Of a DNA stretch of 64,000 bases, positions 30,150 through 40,165 are shown in pieces. The DNA is taken from positions 62,001 through 126,000 of the forward strand of contig JAXLQJ010000008.1 of NCBI GenBank assembly GCA_046331705.1. Direction: 5' to 3'. The notes under the pieces are model-generated. The model saw only the letters and a program-made list of their open reading frames with translations, did not search any database and was not told the DNA's origin. This stretch comes from a bacterium (GTDB lineage Bacteria; JADJOY01). Every line of letters starts with the position of its first letter. The stretch's first letter is position 1. Made by a program: the position numbers and the translations under genes.

Positions 30150-30387
30150 GCCACGTGCTGCGGGTGACCATCGACACGCTGAGGCCCGATGCGCTCGGCT
30201 GGGTCGGCCGGGTCGGCCGGGCCAGCTCGACTACCTGAGCGAGGTCGAGCGCGCCGACGCGCTCGGCAACGCCCTGGCGAAGCTCGCGTCGAGCACCGCG
30301 GACCCCGCGAGCGAGCGCGTGGCCCTCGCCGCGGAGCCCCGAAACCCGTTCGCGCTGACTCGTTCGGCGCTGGCGCTCGCGCCCTGA
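30150..30387 (+). pseudogene. Degraded sulfatase(-TPR)-like relic
   Basis: HVLRVTIDTLRPDALGW resembles the sulfatase N-terminal motif (xVLLxTIDTLRxDxLG). After a frame change come YLSEVERAD and ALAAEPRNPFAL. No intact ORF. Confidence 0.5.
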
Positions 30388-30504
30388 GCCTTCCGAGGGT
30401 CACACCACCCCGAGCGGTGGAACGGGAAACCCTGCGCGCGGATGCGCGATCGGCACGGCGACGCGCGGATCGCGTCGCGAGCGCACCGTTTCGCGCACCG
30501 CTTC

Positions 30505-30521
30505 CCGCACCGCTTCCCGAG
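30505..30521. repeat. Left 17-bp target-site duplication CCGCACCGCTTCCCGAG
   Basis: Identical to 31884..31900 and directly abuts the TGT IS end. Confidence 0.92.
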
Positions 30522-31883
30522 TGTTGTTAGCAAGTGAAAGTGTCCGGTGGTTTTGACAAGTGATCTGTCCGGTCAGATCTCAGGCGGCCTCACCGACCCC
30601 GAGGGGTCTCGGTGCGCAGCAGGGAGTAGAGGGTTGCCGTCACGGTCGAACCGTCCGAGGCATTGCTCGGCTCGCCACACCGTGTGACTGGCGTCCAAGT
30701 GCCGCCGCACGAGGACCCGCATCCCTTCGCAGCTGCGACGCCCGCGCTGCTTGGCGATCTGCAGCCGCACCGTGCTCCAGGACCACGGTGTTGTCCTTGC
30801 CCACGACCCGTTCGTGTTCGTGACACAGCACCTGATTCAGGTCCACGCCCCCCAGCCCCACGAAGGCCGACGCGGGGTCCCGAGCCGGGCGCGCAAACAA
30901 TCGGTTGTACTCCGGACGAAACCGCTCCTCGAGGTAGCGGTTGGCGTCGACCACGGTGCGGATCCCGGCCACCCGTAGCTCGTTGACCAGGCGGTCCTGC
31001 AACGTCCGGTTCGCCCGTTCACTTCGGCCTCGCGCCTGGGGAAGGCGCGCCCGGATGTGCTCGATCCCCAAGCGATCCAACGCGCGGCCGACCTGCGTCC
31101 GCATCGTCGGATCGGGCGCCTCGCCGGCACGACGCGTGATCGCCGCCCAGCTCGCGCGATCCGTATAGAGCGTCATCGGCAGACCCTCTTGCTCAAACAC
31201 CGCCTTTAACCCCGCCATGACCGTGTCCGTGCTCTCGCTTTCCTCGATCCGACCGTAGAGCAGCTCGCTGGTGGCATCGTCGACCAGGGCGATCAGGGTC
31301 TGCTTCTCGTCGGGGCACAGCGCCAGCCATGCGTGGGGGCTGCCGTCGAGGTGCAGCATCTCGCCCCGGCAGGCCTTCGGCTCGCGGCGACGACGGTGCC
31401 GCCCCCGCGACCGCCGTCGGCGTACCAGGCCGGCCGCCTGCAGCGCCGTCTTCACCGTCGTGTACGAAAGCGTCACCGCATGCTCTCGCTGCGCGATCTG
31501 GTGAAAGTGGCGGACGTTGAAGCCGGTGTAGGTGTCGCGGTACAGCCGCAGCACGCGCTCGAGCTCCGCCGCGGGTGTGCGGCGGCCCGAGGGCCGACCT
31601 CGGCGACGGTCGAGCAAGCCGTCGTAACCGTGGCTCTCGAAGCGCGCCTTCCACCGACGCAGAGACCGTGGATCCATGCCCAGGATGTCGCTCGCCTGGA
31701 TCCAATTGATCTCCCCGCTCATCGCTCGAAGCATCACCTCACGAATCCGCATCGCCCGCTCCAGCGCGGTCGGACCGTAGAGCATCGGCAGCATCCCCCT
31801 TGGGGACCGCCCTCTACCTCCCGAACGCCGAAAGCGGACACTTCACTTGCTCTTCGGAGCGGACAGATCATGTGCTCCCTACA
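30522..31883 (-). mobile_element. Insertion sequence, ISNCY/IS1202-family-like (1362 bp)
   Basis: TGT...ACA ends, imperfect IRs (TGTTGTTAGCAAGTGAAAGTGTCCG / TGTAGGGAGCACATGATCTGTCCG), two internal sub-repeats per end, a 17-bp DR and a DDE transposase. Confidence 0.9.
30573..31794 (-). pseudogene. DDE transposase with a frameshift near 30771-30775
   Basis: HTH N-terminus; LHLDGSPH, LVDDATS, LYTDRAS, RGRSERAN. The expected C-terminus (RLQIAKQRGRRSC...VRRHLD...LGRFD) continues in another frame, 30770..30573. Confidence 0.82.
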
Positions 31884-31900
31884 CCGCACCGCTTCCCGAG
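31884..31900. repeat. Right 17-bp target-site duplication
   Basis: CCGCACCGCTTCCCGAG, identical to 30505..30521. Confidence 0.92.
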
Positions 31901-32063
31901 TTGCCGTGCCGACGGGCCGAGCCGTACCATGGCCGCGGTCGAGTGACCCTCCCCCGAGCGTCCGTGATCGCCCTCGCATCGATCGATTCTCCACGCCGCC
32001 GTCGCATGCCGAAAACCCGGCGCGCGGACTCGATCGAAACCGAGATTCGGGCGTAACGACGCG

Positions 32064-33563
32064 ATGAGAGTTCTGCTCGTCAACCCGGCGCTGGTGCCGA
32101 AGCGCCTCGGATCGTACGGACGTTTCGCGACCTCCGTCCCGCCCACGGGTCTTTGCTACCTGGCCTCGGTGTTGCGGCACGACGGCTTCGAGGTACGGGT
32201 CTACGACCAGCACGCCGCGCGCGAGGGCAACGATCCCCTGCTCGCGATGGTCGAAGCGTGGCGCCCCACGGTGGTGGGCTTCTCGACGCTCACCTTCGTG
32301 CTGGAAACCGTCGAGGACGCATCGCGACGCATCCACGAGCGCTTTCCCGAGACCCGCGTCGTCGTCGGCAACATCCACGCCACGTACTTTCCGCACGAGC
32401 TCCTCGAGCACGGAGTCGCCGATTACGTGGTGCGCGAGGAGGGCGAGGTCTCGTTCGTGGCACTCTGCCGAGCGCTACGCGACGGGCACGAGCCGCACGG
32501 CATCGCCGGGCTCAGCCTTCGCGAAGGCGGGAAGATCGTCGATCATCCAGCGCCCCCGCTCGTCGATCTCGACACCCTTCCCTACCCCGCGTGGGACCTG
32601 CTCGCGGGCTACACCTACGATCCCGAGCCGATGGGGCTCAAGCCGCTGCGCTCCGCGACGCAGCCCCTTCCCATCCAAGGATCGCGCGGGTGCCCGTTCG
32701 CGTGCACGTTTTGCAGCCAGGAAACCGTGTATCGCAAGGTCCGTGTCCGTCCCACCGAGTCGATCGTCGACGAGATGGAATGGGTGCATCGCACCTACGG
32801 CACCGAGGTCTTCGGCTTCATCGACGCGATCTTCCCGCTCTCCCTCAGGGCCGGACACGCGTTCGCCGACGACCTGATCCGCCGCGGGCTGCACCGGAAG
32901 CTGCGTTGGTTCACCGAGACTCGCGTGGATCTCGTCGATCGCGAGCTGCTGGCGCACCTCAAGGAAGCTGGTCTCACGTTCATCCAGTTCGGCATCGAGA
33001 GCGGCGATGACGACGTGCTCGCGGAGCACATGAACAAGCGTGCCACGGTGGAGGAAGCGCGCGCCGCGCTGCGCTGGACCCGCGAGCTCGGCATCCTCAC
33101 CTTCGGCCTCTTCGTGGTGGGCATGCCGTTCGAGACCCGCGAGCAGATCCTGCGCACCATCCGCCTCGCCAAGGAGCTCGACCCCGACATCGTGAAGTTC
33201 AACGTCGCGGTGCCCTTTCCCGGCAGCGCCATGTGGGAGCAGTACAAGCACAAGATCGGCAACCAGCCGTCGTGGAAATACAGCGGCTGGTACGACGCCA
33301 ACCTGAACGACTCCGAGAACATCCTGGCGGGCGACACGCTGCCCAGCCGCGAGCTCATGTACCTGCAGCGGCGCGCGATGTTCGAGTTCTACGCGCGTCC
33401 CAAGGTGGCGTGGCGTTACCTCGCCAGCGGGCTCGTCTCCCTCGACGTCCTCGGCCAGGGCTTCTACGTGATGGTGTCGGACCTGGTGAGATCCGCGTTC
33501 GGCTCGCGTCGCGCTCGTGTCGCGGCGATGCCCACGTCCTACACCGCCGCGCTCACGACCTGA
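32064..33563 (+). CDS. B12-binding-domain radical SAM protein
   Basis: MRVLLVNP...PPTGLCYLAS, GNIHAT, EGEVSF, SRGCPFACTFC (CxxxCxxC), FGIESG. Confidence 0.92.
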   Translation: MRVLLVNPALVPKRLGSYGRFATSVPPTGLCYLASVLRHDGFEVRVYDQHAAREGNDPLLAMVEAWRPTVVGFSTLTFVLETVEDASRRIHERFPETRVVVGNIHATYFPHELLEHGVADYVVREEGEVSFVALCRALRDGHEPHGIAGLSLREGGKIVDHPAPPLVDLDTLPYPAWDLLAGYTYDPEPMGLKPLRSATQPLPIQGSRGCPFACTFCSQETVYRKVRVRPTESIVDEMEWVHRTYGTEVFGFIDAIFPLSLRAGHAFADDLIRRGLHRKLRWFTETRVDLVDRELLAHLKEAGLTFIQFGIESGDDDVLAEHMNKRATVEEARAALRWTRELGILTFGLFVVGMPFETREQILRTIRLAKELDPDIVKFNVAVPFPGSAMWEQYKHKIGNQPSWKYSGWYDANLNDSENILAGDTLPSRELMYLQRRAMFEFYARPKVAWRYLASGLVSLDVLGQGFYVMVSDLVRSAFGSRRARVAAMPTSYTAALTT

Positions 33564-33687
33564 ACGCGGCGACTCGCGCGCGCCAACGAGCCGCCGCGCT
33601 CGGTCGCGGCGCGCGGCAAGGGTCACGGTGTCCGGGTGGCAGTGTCACGCGGATCGTGATCACCCCGCCTGCTAGGCTCCGCGCGGA

Positions 33688-34779
33688 ATGGGGATCGTTC
33701 GCACCCTCACGGACTACTACAAGCACCGCGTCGGCGAGGCGGGGCGACACTTCGACGTCGTCGAGACGACCGTCTCGCATCTGTTCCGCCATCGACACGC
33801 GGCGCTCGACGGCCGCAGCTACGGCGGCGCGTTCCACGCCGCGCTCGAGCGCGCGGGCTGGATCGAGAACGGGGACTCGTTCCTCGAGGTGGGAGCGGGA
33901 ACGGGCGGCTTCGCGCGCGGATTCCTTTCCGAGCGACGCGAGCGGGTCGGGCCCGCGGCGCCCATCGCGTACACGATCGCCGACCTCACGCCATCGCTCA
34001 TCGCCGGTCAACGCCGGACGCTCGCGCAGCACGCCGCCGCGAACCCCGCCACGCGGCTCGGTTGGATCCGCTGCGACGCGCAGCGACTGCCGCTCGCCAC
34101 CGGCGCCTTCGGTGGTCTGGCGATCTCGAACGAGGTGATCGCGGACTTCGATGCCGTGCGCATGGATCGCAAGCGGCTCGCCCGCGGCGCGGCCCGACAC
34201 CCCGCGATGGCTGCGGCGCGGGATCGCGTCGATCGCTACGCGCTCGAGGTCGATGACGAGCACCAGTTCCTGAACCTGGGCGCGATCCTGCTCGTCGAAG
34301 AGCTCGCTCGAGCGCTGGCGCCTGGCGGGCGCGCGGCCATCGCCGAATACGGTCAGGACGCGCCTTCCCGGGAAGCCGTGCTCTACGACGGCTGGTTCGC
34401 CAAGCACACCGAGTACGCCATCGACTTCCGCCACCTGCGGCGCGTGGCGACGGCGCTCGGCTTCCAGGTCGAGGAGCACAATCTCCACGACTTCCTGGGC
34501 TTTCGCGACGACGTGCGCGTCCTCAACTACACCGACGTGCGACGTTTGCGCATGGTGCGCCGCGATCTCGAGGTGCGCGCGTGGACGGAAGCCGAGCTGC
34601 GGGCGCGCCACCCGGAGCTGCTCGATCGCTTCGAGCTGCGCTTTCGCCCCACCTCCGATGCGAGCTTTCCCGACGACACCGTGGTTCGCGCCCACGGCGG
34701 TTTTCGTGGGCTCTTTCGCGTGCTGCTGCTTCGCAAGGCCGAGCCAGCGCGATCCACGACCCACGACCCGAGGGGCTGA
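33688..34779 (+). CDS. Class I SAM-dependent methyltransferase
   Basis: FLEVGAGTGGFA, CDAQRLP, SNEVIADF, LAPGG. Confidence 0.78.
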   Translation: MGIVRTLTDYYKHRVGEAGRHFDVVETTVSHLFRHRHAALDGRSYGGAFHAALERAGWIENGDSFLEVGAGTGGFARGFLSERRERVGPAAPIAYTIADLTPSLIAGQRRTLAQHAAANPATRLGWIRCDAQRLPLATGAFGGLAISNEVIADFDAVRMDRKRLARGAARHPAMAAARDRVDRYALEVDDEHQFLNLGAILLVEELARALAPGGRAAIAEYGQDAPSREAVLYDGWFAKHTEYAIDFRHLRRVATALGFQVEEHNLHDFLGFRDDVRVLNYTDVRRLRMVRRDLEVRAWTEAELRARHPELLDRFELRFRPTSDASFPDDTVVRAHGGFRGLFRVLLLRKAEPARSTTHDPRG

Positions 34780-34815
34780 GCGCCCGTGCGGCGCTCGGCG
34801 CCGCGCCCCGGTCCG

Positions 34816-36279
34816 TCAGGGCGCCTCGTCGCTCCAGATCAACGTGTGACCGTTCTCGAAACCATCCACGAAGAGCGCGACGTCGGCACCGGTGCTTCCG
34901 CCCCGCTCGTGCGAGCCGATGTCGCAACCGTCGCTGCTCGGTCCATCGGGAACGCCGCCGATGTCGACGACACGCACGTGGTTGGCAGCATCACCGAATC
35001 CGCGCTGGTCCCCGATCGCATCCGGACAGAAGCCCGCGTCCACCGCCGGCGAGAGCGGCGTCAGGCTCGGCCGGTGGGTGGGCAGCACGCCATTGTAGAG
35101 CGCGAGCGCCTCGAGTCGCGGGTTGATCGGCAACGCGTCCGTGCCCACGTAGCTGCCGCCGGCGTTGGGCGAGCCGGACGAGAAGTAGCTGGTCGCGCCG
35201 GCGTTGGATCCGATCAGATCGAACGTTCCCGTCACGGTCACTGGCCCAGCCGGAATGCTCACGTCGGGCTCCGCAGGCACACCGGAGTCGAGATTGCCGG
35301 CGACGATCGTGTTGTCGAGCCCGAGCGCCGGCGGAGCCTCCCCGACGATCGAGGTGACCGCGACCGCGCCGCCGCCGGTTCCATCGTGATCGCCGTCCGA
35401 CACGTTCAGCGTGATCGTGCTGTCGCGGATGTCGAGGCTCCCGACTCCCAGTGAATCGGTGCGGAAGGAGACACCCGCGCCGAAGTCGGCCGCCGTGTTT
35501 CCGCTGAACGTGCTCGACGTGAGCCGTGTCGTCGACCGATACGCGTGGAGACCTCCACCGTCGCCGACGTCGCCCGTCGCGGTGTTGCTGTAGAAGGTGG
35601 TGCGATCGACGTGCACCCCGAGTTGGTCGCCCTCGGCGGCGAGCCCACCGCCTCGCTTGGCGTCGTTGCCGGCGAACCAGCAGCTCTCCACCTCGAGCAG
35701 CGTCGGCGGAGTGTCGATGCCGATGGCGGAGACGCCGCCGCCGTTCTCGGGCGCATGATTGCCCACCATCGCCACCCGACGCACCAGCCCGCTCACCCGT
35801 GACGGAAACTCGACGGCGCCGCCGTAGCCGCCCACGGCGAGCCCATTGGTGAGCGTCACGTCCTCCACACCCATCCAGAACCGTGCGCTGCCGCCGCTGA
35901 AGGCGCGCACCAGCGAGAACTGATCCTGGCCGTCGATGGTGAGCAGGTCGGCACCGGGGCCGCGGATCAGCAGCGTGTCCGTGACCAGCGGCAGGTCGTC
36001 GGTGAGCGTGATCGTCGCCGGCGTGGCGAGTGAGAAGACGATGCGGTCGGCGCCGCTGCCACTCGCACAGCCATGATGGGCAACGTCGCCGTTGGCCGCG
36101 TCGATCGCCTCGCGAAGCGTGCAGAGCGAGTCCACGGTCTCGTCGTCCTGGGTGCTCGTCACCGCGATCGTCGCGGCGCCGAGCGGCGAACCGGCGAGCG
36201 CGAGCAACGCGAATGCCGCGCAGCCGCGCCCCACGAGCCAGGAGGATCGACGACGAAGGGAATCGACAGGATCTCGCAT
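34816..36279 (-). CDS. Secreted CSLREA / choice-of-anchor-Q-like beta-helix protein
   Basis: Signal peptide, CTLREAI, GG-rich repeats (FSGNTA, NTIVAGN), SPAVDAG...DQRG...CDIGSHE, C-terminal LFVDGFENG. Confidence 0.85.
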   Translation of the reverse strand: MRDPVDSLRRRSSWLVGRGCAAFALLALAGSPLGAATIAVTSTQDDETVDSLCTLREAIDAANGDVAHHGCASGSGADRIVFSLATPATITLTDDLPLVTDTLLIRGPGADLLTIDGQDQFSLVRAFSGGSARFWMGVEDVTLTNGLAVGGYGGAVEFPSRVSGLVRRVAMVGNHAPENGGGVSAIGIDTPPTLLEVESCWFAGNDAKRGGGLAAEGDQLGVHVDRTTFYSNTATGDVGDGGGLHAYRSTTRLTSSTFSGNTAADFGAGVSFRTDSLGVGSLDIRDSTITLNVSDGDHDGTGGGAVAVTSIVGEAPPALGLDNTIVAGNLDSGVPAEPDVSIPAGPVTVTGTFDLIGSNAGATSYFSSGSPNAGGSYVGTDALPINPRLEALALYNGVLPTHRPSLTPLSPAVDAGFCPDAIGDQRGFGDAANHVRVVDIGGVPDGPSSDGCDIGSHERGGSTGADVALFVDGFENGHTLIWSDEAP

Positions 36280-36412
36280 GTCCAGGCTCCCGCGCGCTCG
36301 GAGGGTCGTTGCGAGCGGCGCAGGAATCCTGCGCGGCGCGGCGCGACGCGGTCAAGCGCCTGGCGAGAGCCGGCTCCGCCCGCGCGCCACGCCGGAGCCG
36401 GGTCCGTCGAGC

Positions 36413-37198
36413 TCAGCCGCGCGCGAGGCGCGTCGCGTGGAATCGAAGTCGAACGTAGTCGGCGGTCCAGCCGCCGTCGGGCTGACGCAGCACGGGCTCG
36501 AGGAGCCCGACCACCTCGTCCACGAACGGGGCGCGCTCGGCGTCCGGCAGCGCCCGCTGGTAGCTCTCGGTGAAGTTGGCGCACCAGGCGTGCATACCAC
36601 TCGCGACCGACACCGGCCGCGGCGCCAGCTCCATGCGATCGACCGCGAAGCCCGCGCGGCTCAGACGCTCGCCGTATTCCTCCGCGGTGGGGAAGTACCA
36701 GGGGCAACGTGCCGGGCCATCGATACCCCGACGCGCGAGCGCCGCGTGGATCGCCACCCGAATGCTGGCCACGTTGCCGAAGCCGCCCATCTCCGCCACG
36801 AAGCGACCGCCTGGCGCGAGCGAGCGCGCCACCGCGGCGAGCACCGCGTCGGGCTCCTTCATCCAGTGAAGCGCCGCATTCGAGATCACCGCATCGAAGC
36901 GCTCGCCGAGGTCGAGCACGTGCGCATCGGCGACGCGCGCATCCAGGCCCCGGCGGCGCGCCGCCGCGACCATGTCGACCGACGCGTCCACGCCCACCAC
37001 GTCGGCGCCCGTCGCGACGACCTTCTCCGTGAACGCGCCGTCTCCGCAACCGAGATCCAGGACACGTTCGCCGGCTCTCGGCGCGAGCCACGCGAGGATC
37101 GTCTCGCCGAGCTCGCTCACGAAGCCGCACTCCGCCGCGTAGCGGCTGGCGCACCACGCCTGCGACGCCGTGTGCTGCGACGGGGGGCGACGGCTCAC
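36413..37198 (-). CDS. Class I SAM-dependent methyltransferase (Tam-like)
   Basis: VLDLGCGDG, FDAVISNAALHW, EMGGFGN, WTADYVRLRF. GTGA overlap. Confidence 0.87.
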   Translation of the reverse strand: MSRRPPSQHTASQAWCASRYAAECGFVSELGETILAWLAPRAGERVLDLGCGDGAFTEKVVATGADVVGVDASVDMVAAARRRGLDARVADAHVLDLGERFDAVISNAALHWMKEPDAVLAAVARSLAPGGRFVAEMGGFGNVASIRVAIHAALARRGIDGPARCPWYFPTAEEYGERLSRAGFAVDRMELAPRPVSVASGMHAWCANFTESYQRALPDAERAPFVDEVVGLLEPVLRQPDGGWTADYVRLRFHATRLARG

Positions 37199-38109
37199 GG
37201 CGCGGGCGCGACGGGGGCCAGCGTGGGCTCGGGCTCGGCGGGGGGGATCACCAGCTCGGTGCTCGCCTTGCGCGGCGCGATCGCCGCGAGCCGCTCGCGC
37301 GCATAGTCGGCGGCGCCCTTCGCGAACTGCGCCCAGGTCGCTCGCGAGGCCGTCTCGATGGCCTGCGCCGGCGGCGTGCCCTTCACGATCTCCGCCACGA
37401 ACGCACGCACGCTCGCCGAACCGCGCACCTCGGCCAGGTAGGCCACGGCGAGATAGGCCTCGACGTAATCGGCGAGCCGATCCTGCTGGCGGTCGAGCCC
37501 GTCCGGGAAATCCTTGGGTGCGGCCCCTTCGGCAGCAACGAGGCGGGCGAGCTTGTCGGGCCCCTGTCCCGCCCCGTACACGGCGAGCCCTTCCTGGACC
37601 CACGGCGCCAGCGACACGAACTTCGCTCCCATCAGCAAGCTCATGGCGGCGTGGATCATCTCGTGGCAGACGAATCCGGGCAGCTCGTCGCGGTTCTCGA
37701 GGAAGCGATCGACGATCACCACGATGCCGCGCTCGCGGGCGTTCGAATCGAGGGGCGGGCGGAATCCGCCGCGGCTGGTGGCGGGAAAGCCGAGGGTCGC
37801 AGCGGCGCCCTCGTCGACGTACTCGAACACGATCCCCTCGACGCGCTTGTCGCCGCGCAGCTCGAGCCCGAGGCTGCGCGAGATCGTCCCCAGCGCGGCG
37901 ACCCGCTCGCGTTCCACCGTGGCGCGGATCTCACGGAACGCCGCGCTGCCGGCCCACTCGCCGGTGTAGGGCGCGTGGTGCTCGAAGGATTGCGCGCGCG
38001 CCAGCGTCGGGCCGAGCACACCGGCCAAGACCAGGGCCAGCAACGCCCGGCGCCTCGCGCGCGAGCGGATGCGTTGGGTCACGAGGGCCACGGGAGAGAA
38101 CGCGCTCAC
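37195..38109 (-). CDS. Secreted zincin-like (peptidase MA-like) protein
   Basis: Signal-like N-terminus, VCHEMIHA (HExxH), PWVQEGLAVY. Confidence 0.7.
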   Translation of the reverse strand: MSAFSPVALVTQRIRSRARRRALLALVLAGVLGPTLARAQSFEHHAPYTGEWAGSAAFREIRATVERERVAALGTISRSLGLELRGDKRVEGIVFEYVDEGAAATLGFPATSRGGFRPPLDSNARERGIVVIVDRFLENRDELPGFVCHEMIHAAMSLLMGAKFVSLAPWVQEGLAVYGAGQGPDKLARLVAAEGAAPKDFPDGLDRQQDRLADYVEAYLAVAYLAEVRGSASVRAFVAEIVKGTPPAQAIETASRATWAQFAKGAADYARERLAAIAPRKASTELVIPPAEPEPTLAPVAPAP

Positions 38110-39335
38110 GGTGCGCGAGTGTAGCCGACGGTCTCGCCGCACGCTCGCCGAACGCGGTCGACGATGCGTCGCGACCCTTCGCTGAAGACCGCGGTCTCGG
38201 GCAACAGGCTGACGACGAGGTGCCCGTCCGAGTCGAACTCGAAGAACGATCCTGGATGCACGATCACCCCGTCCTCCAGCACCAGCTCGGCAGCCCAGTC
38301 CTCGTCGCCGCGCAGGCGCGGCACGCGCAGCACCGCCGACCAGCCTCCTGCGACGGGCAGCGCCGACACCGGCGAGCCCGCGAGGCTGCGCGCGAGGGTA
38401 TCGCGGTTGGCGGCGAGACGCTCCTGGATCCGCGCGCGAATCGCCGGCGCGAGCGCGAGCAGGTCGGGGAGCGCCGTCTGCACCACCATCGAGGGCGAGA
38501 GGAACGTGTCGGCGATCACCTCCAGACGAGCCTGGATCTCGCCGAGCGTGCTCGGCCCGGCACCGAGGACGGTCCACGCGAGCTTGGCCCCCGGCAACCC
38601 CGCCGACTTCGAGAGCCCGCCGAGGGCGAACCAGGTCACGTCGCCGAGCAACCCGGCGTCTCGAGCCGCGACCAACGACACGCCCTCGTCTCGGTAATCG
38701 CAGAACACCTCGTCGGCGATGATCGCCCAGCGTCGCTCGCGGGCGCGCTCGGCAAGCGCGGCGATGGCACCGCGATCCAGCGACGAACCGGTGGGGTTGT
38801 TGGGGCTCACGATCACCACCGCGCGCACCGGCCGACCGCACGCGGCGGCCTCGAGCGAATCCCAGTCGGGGCGCCAGCCGTCGCTCGCGTCGAGGCGGTA
38901 GCTCGCGATCTCGATGCCGTCCAGCTCCGCAAGCAGCCGAAACAACGGATAGCTCGGCCGTGGCACCAGCACCACGTCGCCGGGATCGGCGAGCAGCCGG
39001 AAGAGGTGCGAGTACGCTTCGCTGGTGCTCGCCGTGAGCAGCACGCGGTCGGGATCGACACCGGGAGCGTAGGCACGGGCCACGGCCTCCCGCGCCGACA
39101 CCAGACCGAACGGCTCGGGCTCGTACGCGGCGCGCGCGGCGCGCGCATACGCGGTCGCGATGGCCTCGTCCGGATACGCGAGCGCCACGCGCGTCGGGTT
39201 CGACTCGGTCAGATCGAGGAGCGCGCGACCGCCGCTGCGCGCGCGGCGCAACGTCTCCGCGAAGGCGCTCGGCTCGCGATCCCAGGCGCTGCGACGCGAG
39301 AGCCGCGTTCCCGATGCGTCATCCGCGATCGCCAC
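38106..39335 (-). CDS. PLP-dependent aminotransferase class I/II
   Basis: LDLTESNPT, TASTSEAY, VSPNNPTG, IADEVF, GGLSKSAGLPG. Confidence 0.9.
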   Translation of the reverse strand: MAIADDASGTRLSRRSAWDREPSAFAETLRRARSGGRALLDLTESNPTRVALAYPDEAIATAYARAARAAYEPEPFGLVSAREAVARAYAPGVDPDRVLLTASTSEAYSHLFRLLADPGDVVLVPRPSYPLFRLLAELDGIEIASYRLDASDGWRPDWDSLEAAACGRPVRAVVIVSPNNPTGSSLDRGAIAALAERARERRWAIIADEVFCDYRDEGVSLVAARDAGLLGDVTWFALGGLSKSAGLPGAKLAWTVLGAGPSTLGEIQARLEVIADTFLSPSMVVQTALPDLLALAPAIRARIQERLAANRDTLARSLAGSPVSALPVAGGWSAVLRVPRLRGDEDWAAELVLEDGVIVHPGSFFEFDSDGHLVVSLLPETAVFSEGSRRIVDRVRRACGETVGYTRAP

Positions 39336-39574
39336 GCGCCCTCCCTCGCCCCTCGCACGCCGCCCGATCGAGCGCGCGCCGCGAGCATAGCCGGACGCAC
39401 CCGGCGCCAACCTCGCCGCGCGCGACCGCGCAGCTCGCCTTGGACGTGGCCCTCCGGTTTGTGTTACCTCCGCGCCAGCGGCGCGCGCGGAACGACGCGG
39501 ATTTTGCTCGCGCCGCGCGAAGCGCGGCCGAGGCGCCCGTTCGCGAATTCGCCAGCGCAGCGAGGGACCACCGC

Positions 39575-40123
39575 ATGGCCGTTGCCGACCCTTCCCGCAA
39601 GACCGCCGAATCGGGCTCGACCGCCGCGACGGGCACCTCCGCTGCGCCGTCCGAATCGGTGCGCCTGCCCGCGGACCCGCGCCACGCGCTGGCGCTCTTT
39701 CAGGAGCTGATGCTGGAGCTGCGCGCCGCACGGCAGCGCGAGGACGTCGTCACCTTCGGCTTCGCCGGCTTGTTGGTGCTGCTCGCCGCCGGGCCCGTTC
39801 TCGAAGCCCATCCCGGACCGAGCACGCTGGCGCGGCTCGTGGCGGTGATTGGCATCGCCCTGCTCGGCTGGCGCGTGAACGGGTTCCTGGCCGAGAACCG
39901 GAACCGGCAGAACCAGATCCGCAAGATCGTGAGCATCACCGAGCACGCGTACCCGTTCCCCACCGACCGCAGCGTGGTTCGCCTCTCGGACATCAAGAAC
40001 CTCGACGGCCCGGGAGAGTGGGACAAGAGCGACTATTCGTTGGCGGATTGGGACCGCTCCGAATACAGCGTGTTCCTCAAGCTCTTGCTGGTGATCGCCA
40101 TGTTCGCGGTGTTGGTGTTCTGA
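39575..40123 (+). CDS. Hypothetical membrane protein (about 3 TM)
   Basis: ATG after a GAGGGA RBS, three hydrophobic segments, GC3-biased codons. Confidence 0.6.
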   Translation: MAVADPSRKTAESGSTAATGTSAAPSESVRLPADPRHALALFQELMLELRAARQREDVVTFGFAGLLVLLAAGPVLEAHPGPSTLARLVAVIGIALLGWRVNGFLAENRNRQNQIRKIVSITEHAYPFPTDRSVVRLSDIKNLDGPGEWDKSDYSLADWDRSEYSVFLKLLLVIAMFAVLVF

Positions 40124-40165
40124 CAGCGTGCGCTCGCGACTGGTCGCCATCGCCACCAACGCCCC

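Noticed and set aside
30640-31794. Intact 384-aa transposase as given by the ORF track
   Set aside because: The last ~43 aa are out of frame; the family-like C-terminus lies in 30770..30573.
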